Origin: Spirochaetota bacterium
GTDB lineage: Bacteria > Spirochaetota > UBA4802 > UBA5368
Assembly: GCA_025457965.1 (NCBI GenBank)
Contig: JALOTJ010000009.1
Span: 2,961 to 66,960, forward strand
Direction: 5' to 3'
Length of the DNA: 64,000 bases
This document shows, one piece after another, positions 26,854 through 36,346 of this stretch. Position numbers and translations under genes: made by a program. The notes under the pieces are model-generated. The model was given only the letters and a program-made list of their open reading frames with translations. It was not told the DNA's origin and ran no database searches. Position 1 is the stretch's first letter; every line of letters starts with the position of its first letter.

Positions 26854-28145
26854 TCCTGAAACCACCCGCGTCGCTCTGCAAAAAATGCCGCTGGTATGAC
26901 GTCATCGGTACCGCGGGGAGGAGCATTCCCGTTTTCTTCCGCAACAACCGGCTCTATTCCATCGCCGATAAAGAAACGAGCGGTGTTGGTGTGAGAGTGA
27001 ACGTTGACGGGAAGGTCGGCTTTTCCTATACCGGTGGGGATAAAGGCCTCAAAACGGCGATGAAGCGGGCGATTGAGATCGCACCCTTCGGTGAATACGA
27101 AGATTATTCACTTCCCCCGGTTTCCGATACGCCGTCGGTGGCGCTTGACGCGGGCAAGCTGGAAGAGACCGATAGTGCGCCGGTGCTGTCGGCGGCTGAA
27201 GAAACGATAGCGCGCATTCTCGCCGCTTTCCCCGAGGCGCAGGTGGACATGAGCGTATCGTACGGTTCGGGCGGGCGTCGTATTTTCAACTCGGAAGGCT
27301 TTAATGGCGCCTACCGTCATTCGTCTTTCGGCGCGGGCATAACGGCGACGATCGTCGCCCCTGACGGAGTCCGCCTGAGCGTGAGCGAGGGCGTCTCGTC
27401 GTGCGGTCCCGTTTCGTATGACGCGGCCGTCGAGCGGTTGCTGTGGAAACTCGAACGGGCGTGCGACGTCCGCAGGCTTGCGGGCGGGGTTCTGCCCGTC
27501 ATATGCACGCCGAAGGCCTTCGCCTCGCTTCTCGGTATCGTCGCATCGGGACTTTCGGCCCGTTCGGTTTTTAAGGGCATTTCGCCGTTCGCGGGAAAAC
27601 TCGGACAGCGAGTCTTCAATGAGAGCTTCACGCTTACGGACGATCCGCTCGCAGACGGTTCGGTGTACAGCTATCCCTTCGATGACGAGGGGGTCCCGGC
27701 CCGGACCAAAAATATAATTGACCGGGGCATAGTTACCGAATGGATCTCAAGTCTGAAATACGCCGCACGACTCGGCGTGCGGCCCTCCGGTAACGGCTCG
27801 CGCGGACATTCATCGCTTCCGGAACCTTCATTCAGCAACATCGTGGTGGGCGGCGGGGACGATGATTTCAATACGCTGTGCGCCGGTGTCCGTTCGGGCG
27901 TTCTCGTCGACCAGTTTATCGGGCTGGGCCAGTCAAACACGCTGACCGGCGAGTTCAAGGCCAACCTCGACCTCGCCTACGTCATCGAAAACGGAGAGAT
28001 TACCGGCAGGGTGAAGGACTGCATGCTGAGCGGCAACCTCTTCGAACTATTGGCCGCCGATTCTGTTTTCAGCAGCGAGCGTATTCGCTACGGCGCCGCG
28101 CTCGCGCCGTTCGCCCTGTTCCCGGCAGTGCACTTCACGAGCTGA
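26850..28145 (+). CDS. pmbA: PmbA/TldE-type partner of TldD (TldD/PmbA family)
   Basis: 431 aa with family-typical C-terminal blocks. ATGA overlap with tldD. Confidence 0.75.
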   Translation: MILKPPASLCKKCRWYDVIGTAGRSIPVFFRNNRLYSIADKETSGVGVRVNVDGKVGFSYTGGDKGLKTAMKRAIEIAPFGEYEDYSLPPVSDTPSVALDAGKLEETDSAPVLSAAEETIARILAAFPEAQVDMSVSYGSGGRRIFNSEGFNGAYRHSSFGAGITATIVAPDGVRLSVSEGVSSCGPVSYDAAVERLLWKLERACDVRRLAGGVLPVICTPKAFASLLGIVASGLSARSVFKGISPFAGKLGQRVFNESFTLTDDPLADGSVYSYPFDDEGVPARTKNIIDRGIVTEWISSLKYAARLGVRPSGNGSRGHSSLPEPSFSNIVVGGGDDDFNTLCAGVRSGVLVDQFIGLGQSNTLTGEFKANLDLAYVIENGEITGRVKDCMLSGNLFELLAADSVFSSERIRYGAALAPFALFPAVHFTS

Positions 28146-28701
28146 ATTTGCCCCTGTTTTCATCTTTCAAAATGTACCTGAATACGCAGTGGTCGCGCCC
28201 CGACCACTGTCGCTGTTCGAGCACCAGCTTCACATCGGGATTGTAGCCGTCCAGTATGGCGTAATCCGCGTATTTGCAGTAAAGCTTCGCGTATTCGCCG
28301 AGTCCCCAGCGTTCGGCGGCACCGAAGAACGTGCACCGGCCCACCTTCGCCTGGAGGTCGCCCTCCGGAAAGGACGGCGATGCCTCAAAATTTTCCGGGG
28401 ATACATCGGTATAGATAAGCCAGTTGCGCAGGGACAGCGGCTTCCCTTTTTTAGCGACCGTTTCGGCGATGCGTTTTCCCCGTTCGCGGCCGAATTCCTC
28501 GACTGCCTCTTTCAGAATTTTTTCACCCCGCTCAGCCCCCATTTCGGCGATAACATGCTTTGCGATTACGGCGAAGAGCTGTCCGGCCAGGCCGAAGCCG
28601 GGTGTCTGGTGGCGCGTACCGATACCCATGCGCATAAAGAGCACCTTGAGAAGATATGGAAAGCTTAACCCCTTCTTTTTTTCGCGTGCCAGTTCGTTCA
28701 T
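28135..28701 (-). CDS. L-2-amino-thiazoline-4-carboxylic acid hydrolase-like family protein (functional call tentative)
   Basis: Pattern VGRCTFFGAAERWGLGEYAKLYCKYADYAILDGYNPDVKL ... GRDHCVFRY. ATG 28701 is preceded by GGGGG. The 3' end overlaps the pmbA 3' end by 11 nt (convergent). Confidence 0.6.
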   Translation of the reverse strand: MNELAREKKKGLSFPYLLKVLFMRMGIGTRHQTPGFGLAGQLFAVIAKHVIAEMGAERGEKILKEAVEEFGRERGKRIAETVAKKGKPLSLRNWLIYTDVSPENFEASPSFPEGDLQAKVGRCTFFGAAERWGLGEYAKLYCKYADYAILDGYNPDVKLVLEQRQWSGRDHCVFRYILKDENRGKFSS

Positions 28702-28931
28702 CCCGCCCCCCGTTCGTTCATTGCTAATCCGACCGCCTATACTGTCCCGGATCATCCGTGATGTCCATTACAATCCGTGAGGGTGATGGGGCAACGGCAT
28801 ACTTCGGGCGCTGTTGAAAAAATGGCGGCAGGGTTGAAAAGTGCTGTTCAGAATTGCGATCGGGGGATAAGACGCTCACGAGGCGGCATGGACCGCCCGC
28901 CGAATTTATATTTCCCGAAAAAGGAGCAGTC

Positions 28932-29969
28932 ATGAAAACACGGATCACAAAACTCTTTGGCATTAAATATCCGATACTCCTCTCCGGTATGAGCTGGATA
29001 AGCGTACCGAAGCTCGTGGCCGCGGTCAGCAACGCCGGCGGCCTGGGCATCCTTGCCACGGGCGTCATGACCGCCGACGAGACCCGTCAGGCCGTCCGCG
29101 AGATAAGGAAGCTTACCAAAAAGCCCTTCGCCGCCAACGTCACCCTCTATTTCCCGGGAGCGGAGCGTAACCTGCAGGTCCTTCTCGAGGAGAAGGTCCC
29201 CGTAATCAACTACGCGCTCGGCAAGGGCGATAAACTGACCAAGGCTGTGCACGCGTACGGCGGGAAGGTGATCGCAACCGTGACCACGCACAAGCACTCG
29301 CTCGCCGCCGAGCGCTCGGGCGCCGACGCGCTGATCGTAACCGGACACGAGGCCGCCGGACACGGCGGAGCGGTGACCTCGCTCGTGCTCATCCCGAGCA
29401 TCGTGGACGCGGTGAAAATTCCGGTCATCGCCGCCGGCGGGTTCGCCGACGGGCGGGGGCTCGCCGCCGCGCTGGCCCTCGGTGCCGAGGGCATATCCAT
29501 GGGCACGCGTCTGATGAACACGAAAGAAAGCCCGGTCCATGAGAGCATGAAAAAACTGAGCGTCGAGAAGCAGATTTACGACACCATCTATACCCCGAAG
29601 GTGGACGGCCTGCCGGCGCGGTTTATGAAATCCGAGATCGCGGTAAAGATGGCGAAGCGCCCGCTCAATCTGATCACCGCGGCGTTCAACTCCAGGGAGA
29701 TAGCGAAATCGCTGGGGTTCCCCTGGTTCAAGCTCGCGTTCGCGATCCTTCTGTCAGGCTACGGCAAGGCGCGGCAGATGGCCACCATGGCGAACGGGTT
29801 TAAGGCGTTCAAGGCGGGAACCATAGAAGGCGATAACGTCAGCGGCGTGCTTCCCCTCGGTCAGGTTACCGGACTTATAACCGACACCCCGAGCGTCAAA
29901 CAGGTGATCGAACGCATCGTGGACGAGGCCAGAGCGGTAAAGAAAAAGGTGGGTCCTATGATCGGTTGA
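28932..29969 (+). CDS. nitronate monooxygenase / FabK-like NAD(P)H-dependent flavin oxidoreductase
   Basis: AAGGAG SD. ITKLFGIKYPILLSGMSWISVPKLVAAVSNAGGLGILA and IPVIAAGGFADGRG. Confidence 0.85.
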   Translation: MKTRITKLFGIKYPILLSGMSWISVPKLVAAVSNAGGLGILATGVMTADETRQAVREIRKLTKKPFAANVTLYFPGAERNLQVLLEEKVPVINYALGKGDKLTKAVHAYGGKVIATVTTHKHSLAAERSGADALIVTGHEAAGHGGAVTSLVLIPSIVDAVKIPVIAAGGFADGRGLAAALALGAEGISMGTRLMNTKESPVHESMKKLSVEKQIYDTIYTPKVDGLPARFMKSEIAVKMAKRPLNLITAAFNSREIAKSLGFPWFKLAFAILLSGYGKARQMATMANGFKAFKAGTIEGDNVSGVLPLGQVTGLITDTPSVKQVIERIVDEARAVKKKVGPMIG

Positions 29970-30003
29970 TGTAAAACCGAAAGCCGACCGCTGCGACAAT
30001 ACA

Positions 30004-30028
30004 GGCCGGGGTATCCCCCGGCCTTTTT
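30004..30028 (+). terminator. rho-independent terminator
   Basis: GGCCGGGG-TATC-CCCCGGCC followed by TTTTT. Confidence 0.75.
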
Positions 30029-30252
30029 ATTGGTCGTCGCCCAACATGTCGTTAATGGATCGCATCAAACGGAGGGTTGCGCAAAAAAATGCTTGCGGCA
30101 TGGTGAATCGGTATTTTTATGTAATATTACAATTCGGCTGTTGTATGGTCGGCCAATCAATTTTTTCTCGCCGCCGTGGTCGGTGGATTCCGAGACCGCG
30201 GAGTGGCCGTCTCAAGCGCCGCCGACAGGTTGAATTCGATCGATCGCGAGGT

Positions 30253-32280
30253 ATGCCAATGTTTCCACACCTTTTCAGTCCCATCACGATAAACGGTCTC
30301 GAGGTGAAAAACCGTGTGGCCTATCCGGCGCTGGGGCTGCTCTACTCCTACGACGGTACGCTCAATGACCGCTATTACGAGTATTTCAGGGAAAAGGCGA
30401 AGGGCGGCGCCGGCATAGTCACCGTTGGTCCGGTGGGGATCGACATGGCGGGTTCCGGGTTGATCGTTCTGTCGCTCGCGGGCGACGAGGCGATCGAGCC
30501 CTTCAAAAAACTTACGACGATCATAAAGGACGCCGGCGCACGCGCCTGGGTGCAGCTTTTTCATGCCGGGGCGTATGCGTTTTCGGTCATCCTCGACGGA
30601 GAGAGGCCGGTGGCTCCCTCGGAGGTCTATTCGAAGTATTCCAAGGAGACCCCACGGGCATTGACGATCGAGGATATTAATAACCTGCAGCAGACCTACG
30701 TTAACGCCGCGCTCCGCGCGAAGGAGGCGGGCTTTGACGGCATCGAGATCATCGCCTCGGCGGGCTATCTCATAACCCAGTTCCTCTCTCCGCTGAAGAA
30801 CCTTCGCACCGACGAGTACGGCGGCTCGTTCGAAAACCGGGTGCGCTTCCCCCGCGAGGTGATCGAGAGGATCCGCTCGGCCGTGGGGCCCGGCTATCCG
30901 CTGGCCGTTCGAATGGCGGGAAACGATTTTGTCCCCGGCAGCAACACCGACCTCGAAACCCCGCAGTTCGCGAGGGTATACGAGCAGGCCGGTGTCGACC
31001 TTATCAACGTTACCGGCGGCTGGCATGAGGCGCGCGTGCCCCAGCTTCCGATGGAGCTGCCGCGCGGAGGGTACGCCTACCTGGCGCTGAATATCAAAAA
31101 GGAGGTGTCGGTGCCGGTGATGGCCTCGAACCGTATAGCCCGGCCGGATCTCGCGGAGCGGATGATACGCGACGGGGCGTGCGACATGGTTAACCTTGGA
31201 CGGGTGCTTATCGCCGATCCCTACTGGCCCGAGAAGGCCCGCGCGGGGAGGCAGGACGAGATTCGGCCCTGCGTGGCCTGTAACCAGGGCTGTACCGATA
31301 CGATCTTCAGCGCGAAGCCCGTCTTCTGCATCGTGAATCCACGTGCCGGATACGAGGCGGAAAGAAACATTGGAAGAGCCGAAACATCGCTCAGGGTGAT
31401 GGTGGTTGGCGCGGGGCCTGCCGGACTCGAAGCGGCCGTTACCGCCGCGCAGACCGGCCATACAGTCGAGCTTTACGAGAAAAGCGACGAGATCGGCGGA
31501 CAGCTCTGGATCGCCGGTGCGCCGCCGCACAAGGAAGAGCTGTGGGAGATAGTCAATTATTATAAAACGATGCTCGTTAAGCTCGCCATCCCGGTGCATC
31601 TGAATACCGAGGTCACGATCGAGCTTATCAAAAAGATCAACCCCGATCAGGTGATTGTGGCGGAAGGTGCCGCGCCGCTGATGCCGCCCATCGGCGGGCT
31701 CGATGACCCGTGCGTTATTTCATCGTGGAAGGTGCTGGGCGAGAATCCGATACTCGGGAAACGAATCGCCGTGATCGGCGGCGGCGCGGTGGGCCTGGAA
31801 ACGGCGCTGTTCCTGGCGGCCAAGGGAACCCTTTCCGCCGAGATGGTGCACTTCCTCATGGCCCACGAGGCCGAGAGCCCCGAGCGCATCCGCGAGCTCA
31901 TGTTTCATGGATCGAAACGGGTGACGGTCTTCGAGATGCTGCCAAAAATCGGCAAAGACATCGGCAAGTCTACGCGGTGGGTAGTGAAGACTGCCCTGCA
32001 GCGGTACGGCGTCGAGGCGCTCACCGGAGCGCGCGTCGTTTCCATCAAAGACGGAGTGGTGACCTATGAGCGGGAGGGCGGGGAGCACCGCCTCGAGTTC
32101 GATAACGTGGTAATTGCATCGGGGTCGCGGTCGGTTAAAAAGCTCTCCGAAGCGCTCGAAAAAGAAGGTGTCGCCTGCACCGCCATCGGTGACTGTGTGC
32201 GCCCGGCCAAAATCAATGACGCCATACACGAGGGCTTCCTGGCCGCCCTCGCGATAGGCCGCGTGCCGCTGGAAGCCTGA
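30253..32280 (+). CDS. 2,4-dienoyl-CoA reductase-like flavoprotein (OYE-type TIM barrel plus FAD/NAD(P)-binding domains)
   Basis: From MPMFPHLFSPITINGLEVKNRVAYPAL, about 675 aa like FadH. Cys cluster CVACNQGC. Rossmann motif VMVVGAGPAGLEAA. The ORF-track N-terminal extension (30046) looks non-coding. Confidence 0.85.
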   Translation: MPMFPHLFSPITINGLEVKNRVAYPALGLLYSYDGTLNDRYYEYFREKAKGGAGIVTVGPVGIDMAGSGLIVLSLAGDEAIEPFKKLTTIIKDAGARAWVQLFHAGAYAFSVILDGERPVAPSEVYSKYSKETPRALTIEDINNLQQTYVNAALRAKEAGFDGIEIIASAGYLITQFLSPLKNLRTDEYGGSFENRVRFPREVIERIRSAVGPGYPLAVRMAGNDFVPGSNTDLETPQFARVYEQAGVDLINVTGGWHEARVPQLPMELPRGGYAYLALNIKKEVSVPVMASNRIARPDLAERMIRDGACDMVNLGRVLIADPYWPEKARAGRQDEIRPCVACNQGCTDTIFSAKPVFCIVNPRAGYEAERNIGRAETSLRVMVVGAGPAGLEAAVTAAQTGHTVELYEKSDEIGGQLWIAGAPPHKEELWEIVNYYKTMLVKLAIPVHLNTEVTIELIKKINPDQVIVAEGAAPLMPPIGGLDDPCVISSWKVLGENPILGKRIAVIGGGAVGLETALFLAAKGTLSAEMVHFLMAHEAESPERIRELMFHGSKRVTVFEMLPKIGKDIGKSTRWVVKTALQRYGVEALTGARVVSIKDGVVTYEREGGEHRLEFDNVVIASGSRSVKKLSEALEKEGVACTAIGDCVRPAKINDAIHEGFLAALAIGRVPLEA

Positions 32281-32284
32281 CCGG

Positions 32285-32764
32285 TCAGCGGATGTCCCTG
32301 GACATGTAGGTCGAATAATCCTTAATGCGGGGATTGTAGGACTGCTCCATGAGATGCGAGGAGATCATGAAATCGGCCGTCGAGCGGTTACAGGCGGTGG
32401 GGATGTTATAGAGCACGGCGATCCTCAGCAGCGCCTTGATGTCGACGTCGTGGGGCTGCTGCGTCATGGGGTCCCAGAAGAATATGAGGATGTCGACGTG
32501 CCCCTCGGCGATCATGGCGCCGAGCTGCTGGTCGCCCCCGAGCGGGCCCGATTTCAGTTTCGTGATCTTTTGCCCTCCGCTATGGCCGTTGCTCCCGTGC
32601 CGCAGAACTTTATCCGCAAGCGTCTCCTGGATGAGTTTCCCCGTGGTTGCCGTACAGATGAGGTCGTGCCCCAGGAGCAGCTGGTAATTCCATTCCACCC
32701 ATTCCACGAGGTCTTTTTTCCTGTTGTCATGCGCGACGAGCGCGATTTTTTTTATCTTTTCCAT
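32285..32764 (-). CDS. mgsA: methylglyoxal synthase
   Basis: IALVAHDNRKKDLVEW ... GPLGGDQQLGAMIAEGHVDILIFFWDP ... PHDVDIKALLRIAVLYNIP closely follows MgsA. Confidence 0.92.
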   Translation of the reverse strand: MEKIKKIALVAHDNRKKDLVEWVEWNYQLLLGHDLICTATTGKLIQETLADKVLRHGSNGHSGGQKITKLKSGPLGGDQQLGAMIAEGHVDILIFFWDPMTQQPHDVDIKALLRIAVLYNIPTACNRSTADFMISSHLMEQSYNPRIKDYSTYMSRDIR

Positions 32765-32961
32765 GATTCTCCTTTCTTTATGGTTAATAAAACAGACGAT
32801 TCGAGTTTCGATTTCCCGTTTAAATCGGGGAGCCCATGCTTTGCGGGTTCAGGCGATATTCACCGGACTGCCGAAGGAGCGTTTTGCTAAAGACAATATA
32901 CTGAAAGAACGCCCGTGCGGGTCGCATTCGAAATAAATAAATTGTAAACTTTTCTGCTGTG

Positions 32962-33621
32962 TCAGAGCCCCATCACTTCGTTCAGGTAGGCGTTGAACTT
33001 CCGCATCGCCATAAACGCCTCTATGCATGCCGAGGCGAACTCTTTCGAGAGAACGGTCTTTTCGGGTATCTCCCGGAACACCATGTAGTGCTTGTACCTT
33101 AAAAGTTCGATCTCGGGATGGTCCCGCGGGAATCCCTTCGGTGCCGTAAGGAGCGTTTCCCCCGATAGTCCGCCGAATAGTTTAACCAGCGCCGGCGCGG
33201 CGATGATTTTCTTGAACGAAGCCGGGTCGCGCGCGATCGCCGTGCGTATTGCCAGAAGGAGCGGCGCGGGGGGCATGTAAATGCCGCCTGAAACGAAACT
33301 GTTGCCCGGCTCGATGTGAAGATAATAGCCCGCACCGGGAGTCGTGCGGCCGCCGCTTTTCATGAACGACCCGAAGTTAGTCTTGTACGGCGTTTTTTCC
33401 CTGGAAAAGCGCGTATCGCGAAAGATTCTGAAAAGGCAGTCCTCGGCCTCCACGCCCGTCAGGGTGTGGTCGAATTTTGACATCTCGCCGAGGAGGAGCG
33501 TTACGAACTCCGCCACGTCCGCCCGCGCCGCGTCGTAGAGTGCACGGTTGGCATGGAACCATTCGCGCGAGTTGTTCGCCGAGAGCTTTTTCAGGAATTC
33601 GAGCGTCTTTCTCTGGATCAT
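32962..33621 (-). CDS. DUF2461 (TIGR02453) family protein
   Basis: LEFLKKLSANNSREWFHANRALY ... FRIFRDTRFSREKTPYKTNFG. Confidence 0.8.
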   Translation of the reverse strand: MIQRKTLEFLKKLSANNSREWFHANRALYDAARADVAEFVTLLLGEMSKFDHTLTGVEAEDCLFRIFRDTRFSREKTPYKTNFGSFMKSGGRTTPGAGYYLHIEPGNSFVSGGIYMPPAPLLLAIRTAIARDPASFKKIIAAPALVKLFGGLSGETLLTAPKGFPRDHPEIELLRYKHYMVFREIPEKTVLSKEFASACIEAFMAMRKFNAYLNEVMGL

Positions 33622-34022
33622 GGTGCCCCCTTTTTTGCGGCCTTTGATGTAGCGTCAATTTCCGCAAGCCTTGCGCGCAGCCAGGCCCCGGCCTCGACCG
33701 TCGATCCGTCGGCGAGGCGAATCAGGTAGGGCCTTCCCGTCGAGGACGATCGGGCGGCGAGGCGGTCGATGAACTGCTCGGCGGTTGTGACGCGGTCTCC
33801 GGCACGGTCAAGCTTCATTTCGAGATGGGCCCTCGCGTCGCGCGCCGAATGGGCGGAGCCGTTGCGGATAAAAACGTGGCCCGATCGCTCGAGCGTTTCG
33901 AGCAGGGCGTGTATCCGTTCCCGTTCGAGAGCGGCGGTGTCGGCGGCATGCGACGGGGGCGGTCCCATGGCGGGCATACACAGTGCGACGAAGGCGAGAA
34001 GGAGAGCGATTGAATATTTCAT
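33618..34022 (-). CDS. secreted DUF5329-like protein
   Basis: Signal peptide MKYSIALLLAFVALCMPA. FIRNGSAHSARDARAHLEMK ... AEQFIDRLAARSSSTGRPYLI. ATGA-type overlap with the downstream gene. Alternative start at 34040. Confidence 0.65.
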   Translation of the reverse strand: MKYSIALLLAFVALCMPAMGPPPSHAADTAALERERIHALLETLERSGHVFIRNGSAHSARDARAHLEMKLDRAGDRVTTAEQFIDRLAARSSSTGRPYLIRLADGSTVEAGAWLRARLAEIDATSKAAKKGAP

Positions 34023-34362
34023 GATATCCAGATAGCGCATCTGCGCAATTTACGCAACAATACTATTGATTCGCGACGGTAAATGAGCGCTTGATCAAAT
34101 CACGGGCGTGGGGAATCGTGAAAAATCATACAGTGCCGACATGGCAGAATGAGACGATTGCGTAAACCGAATTTTTATTCCGCGGTATCCGGTAGCGGAA
34201 GGTGAAAAGTCGGTTCCGGTCTGGATCAATATACTCATAAGCTATCCGGTGAAGTTGAAACACGCTTTCGAGCGCGGTGTCTTTTTGTTTGATAAAATGG
34301 GTTTGACCACGGGGGTGACAAGTATTCATATGGGCACATCGAAGTGGAGGGAGTGAACCGTG

Positions 34363-35385
34363 ATGGACAGCCGGGACAGACAGTACAGCAGTGAGGTCCT
34401 CCCCGGGATTTTTAAGATTTCCCTTCCCATCCCCGGGAAACAACCGGGCCCGGTGAACGCCTATCTCTTCCAGGGCGATCCTCTCACACTTCTCGATACG
34501 GGGATGAAGACCCATGCCGGAAGGCTTCGCCTTGCGCTGGAAGAGCTGGGGTACAGCTTTTCCGACATCCGGCAGATCGTCATCACGCACGGACATGTCG
34601 ATCACTACGGCTCGGCAAAGACGGTGCGGGACGAGGGCGGCGCGGTGGTGCTGGCCCACGCTGAAGAAATCCCCTATATCTCCACGACCACGACGCGGTC
34701 CGCCTACAGGAAGAATGCCCGATTCCTCGCGATTATCGGGGTTCCCGTCCATCTTCGGCTGTCCTTCCGGCTAATGCGGCATTTTTTCTACAGAATGGCG
34801 GATTGCTGTCCGGTCGACCGTGCGCTTGCCGCCGGTGATCGCGTCAGGCTCGGTTCGTATGAGGGAACGGTAATCGAGACGCCAGGCCATTCGAAGGGGT
34901 CGATCTGCCTGTACCTCGAGAAGGAGCGAGCGCTCTTTTCCGGTGACCATATCCTCAAGCATGTGACCCCCAACGCCTTTATCATGTTCGAGGACGAGTA
35001 CGTCATGCCAAGGCGCTCGAGCCAGCGGGAATATTACGAGTCGCTGGCGGCAGTCGAAAAACTCAATCCGGTGATCGTCTTTACCGCTCACGGTAATAAT
35101 ATAGACAATCTGGCCGAAACGACCGGCATGTACCGCCGGTGCTTTGAGGAGCGCCAGCGGGCGATCCTCGGAATAATGAGAGAGGGGAAGAGGGATGTCT
35201 ATTCCATCGCGCGTCGTCTTTTCCCCGAGATCGGGGGGAAGCGTCGTATCCTCGACATCTATCTTGCCGTATCCGAGGTGTACACGCATCTACAGGTTCT
35301 CGAAAGCGGGGGAATGGTGCGAAGGGAGAAAAAGGGACGACGTCTCTTTTTCGAGATTGAACCGCCACCTGCCTATTTGCCGTAA
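34363..35385 (+). CDS. MBL-fold metallo-hydrolase with C-terminal winged-helix-like extension
   Basis: HxHxDH motif ITHGHVDHYG. GGAGGGA SD. Confidence 0.85.
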   Translation: MDSRDRQYSSEVLPGIFKISLPIPGKQPGPVNAYLFQGDPLTLLDTGMKTHAGRLRLALEELGYSFSDIRQIVITHGHVDHYGSAKTVRDEGGAVVLAHAEEIPYISTTTTRSAYRKNARFLAIIGVPVHLRLSFRLMRHFFYRMADCCPVDRALAAGDRVRLGSYEGTVIETPGHSKGSICLYLEKERALFSGDHILKHVTPNAFIMFEDEYVMPRRSSQREYYESLAAVEKLNPVIVFTAHGNNIDNLAETTGMYRRCFEERQRAILGIMREGKRDVYSIARRLFPEIGGKRRILDIYLAVSEVYTHLQVLESGGMVRREKKGRRLFFEIEPPPAYLP

Positions 35386-35580
35386 AGGAACGTTCAAAAG
35401 ACGCTTTGCACCGCGGGTGACGTTCGGTGCGGTGGGGCCGTTGTCGCATCCGACCAGTGTCATTGGCATGACGGCCCTTATTGCAATTACGGCCTTCCCC
35501 CGTTACGGGCCTGGAATTTAGTATTTTCCCATGGGAGATTGCCCATGCCCAGCGGAGGGGGGCCTTGAATTTCAGGGCGA

Positions 35581-36051
35581 TCATTTTCCGATCATGGTGT
35601 CGGGAACCTGTACGGCCACCAGCTCGCCGCGGGCGCATTCCCGTCCGTCAACGGAAAGGCTTGTGGTCACGATTACTTTGCGGCCTTTCATCTCCTTTAT
35701 TGCCGAGCGCAGCATCATGGGACTGTCCAGTGGAGTGGGGAGGATATAATCGACCTTGAGGGAGGCCGTAACATAGCGCAGGGGAGGAATGGTGTCCATG
35801 GCGCGCCCATCGGCCCTGTACGCGGCGGCGGCAGCGGTGGCGGTGCTGTGGCAGTCTATCACCGATGCGATAAGGCCGCCGTAGACGAAGCCCGGGAATG
35901 AAGTGTGGTAAGGCATGGGCTGGAAAGTGCATACGCTTTCCTCGCCGTCCCAGTAGCTTTTAATGCGCAGACCGTGCTCGTTCAGCACGCCGCATCCGTA
36001 GCAGTGGCTGAAATGCTCCGGGTAGTATTCCTGAAACGCCTTTTCCTTCAC
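35581..36051 (-). CDS. PaaI-family hotdog-fold thioesterase
   Basis: CYGCGVLNEHGL ... FPGFVYGGLIASVIDCH pattern. Confidence 0.8.
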   Translation of the reverse strand: MKEKAFQEYYPEHFSHCYGCGVLNEHGLRIKSYWDGEESVCTFQPMPYHTSFPGFVYGGLIASVIDCHSTATAAAAAYRADGRAMDTIPPLRYVTASLKVDYILPTPLDSPMMLRSAIKEMKGRKVIVTTSLSVDGRECARGELVAVQVPDTMIGK

Positions 36052-36296
36052 AGGGGTCTCCTCTCCGGTGGAACTGGTCTCGAGTTTGGTGTAGTCATAT
36101 CACGGTATAGCTACGGCCCAACTAAAATGCAAGGGAAAGATTACAATCAAATTCATTGTTTTATGCCGGTACGCGAGGTTATACGGAAATCATGACACCT
36201 GCAGTGCGTGCGTCATCATTTCCGGATACCGGAATTACTATTTTGAATTACTGCCCCTAAGTGGTTTTAAAAGGTGTACTGGCTTCTGAGATACGG

Positions 36297-36340
36297 GGTA
36301 AAAAAAGAAAAGGTCCTCCCCGCATTGCGGGAAGGACCTT
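36297..36340 (-). terminator. rho-independent terminator downstream of the acyl-CoA ligase gene
   Basis: Minus strand reads AAGGTCCTTCCCGC-AAT-GCGGGGAGGACCTT followed by TTCTTTTTTT. Confidence 0.8.
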
Positions 36341-36346
36341 GCTGGC

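Noticed and set aside
30157-31599. 480-aa minus-strand ORF
   Set aside because: Antisense to the well-supported dienoyl-CoA reductase-like gene, with Arg/Gly/His-rich junk-like composition and no motifs.
21984-36340. The two strongest terminators share the 11-mer TTGCGGGAAGG (possible REP-like family)
   Set aside because: There are only two instances. The similarity is confined to the GC stem, which is constrained by hairpin requirements, so it is insufficient to call a repeat family.
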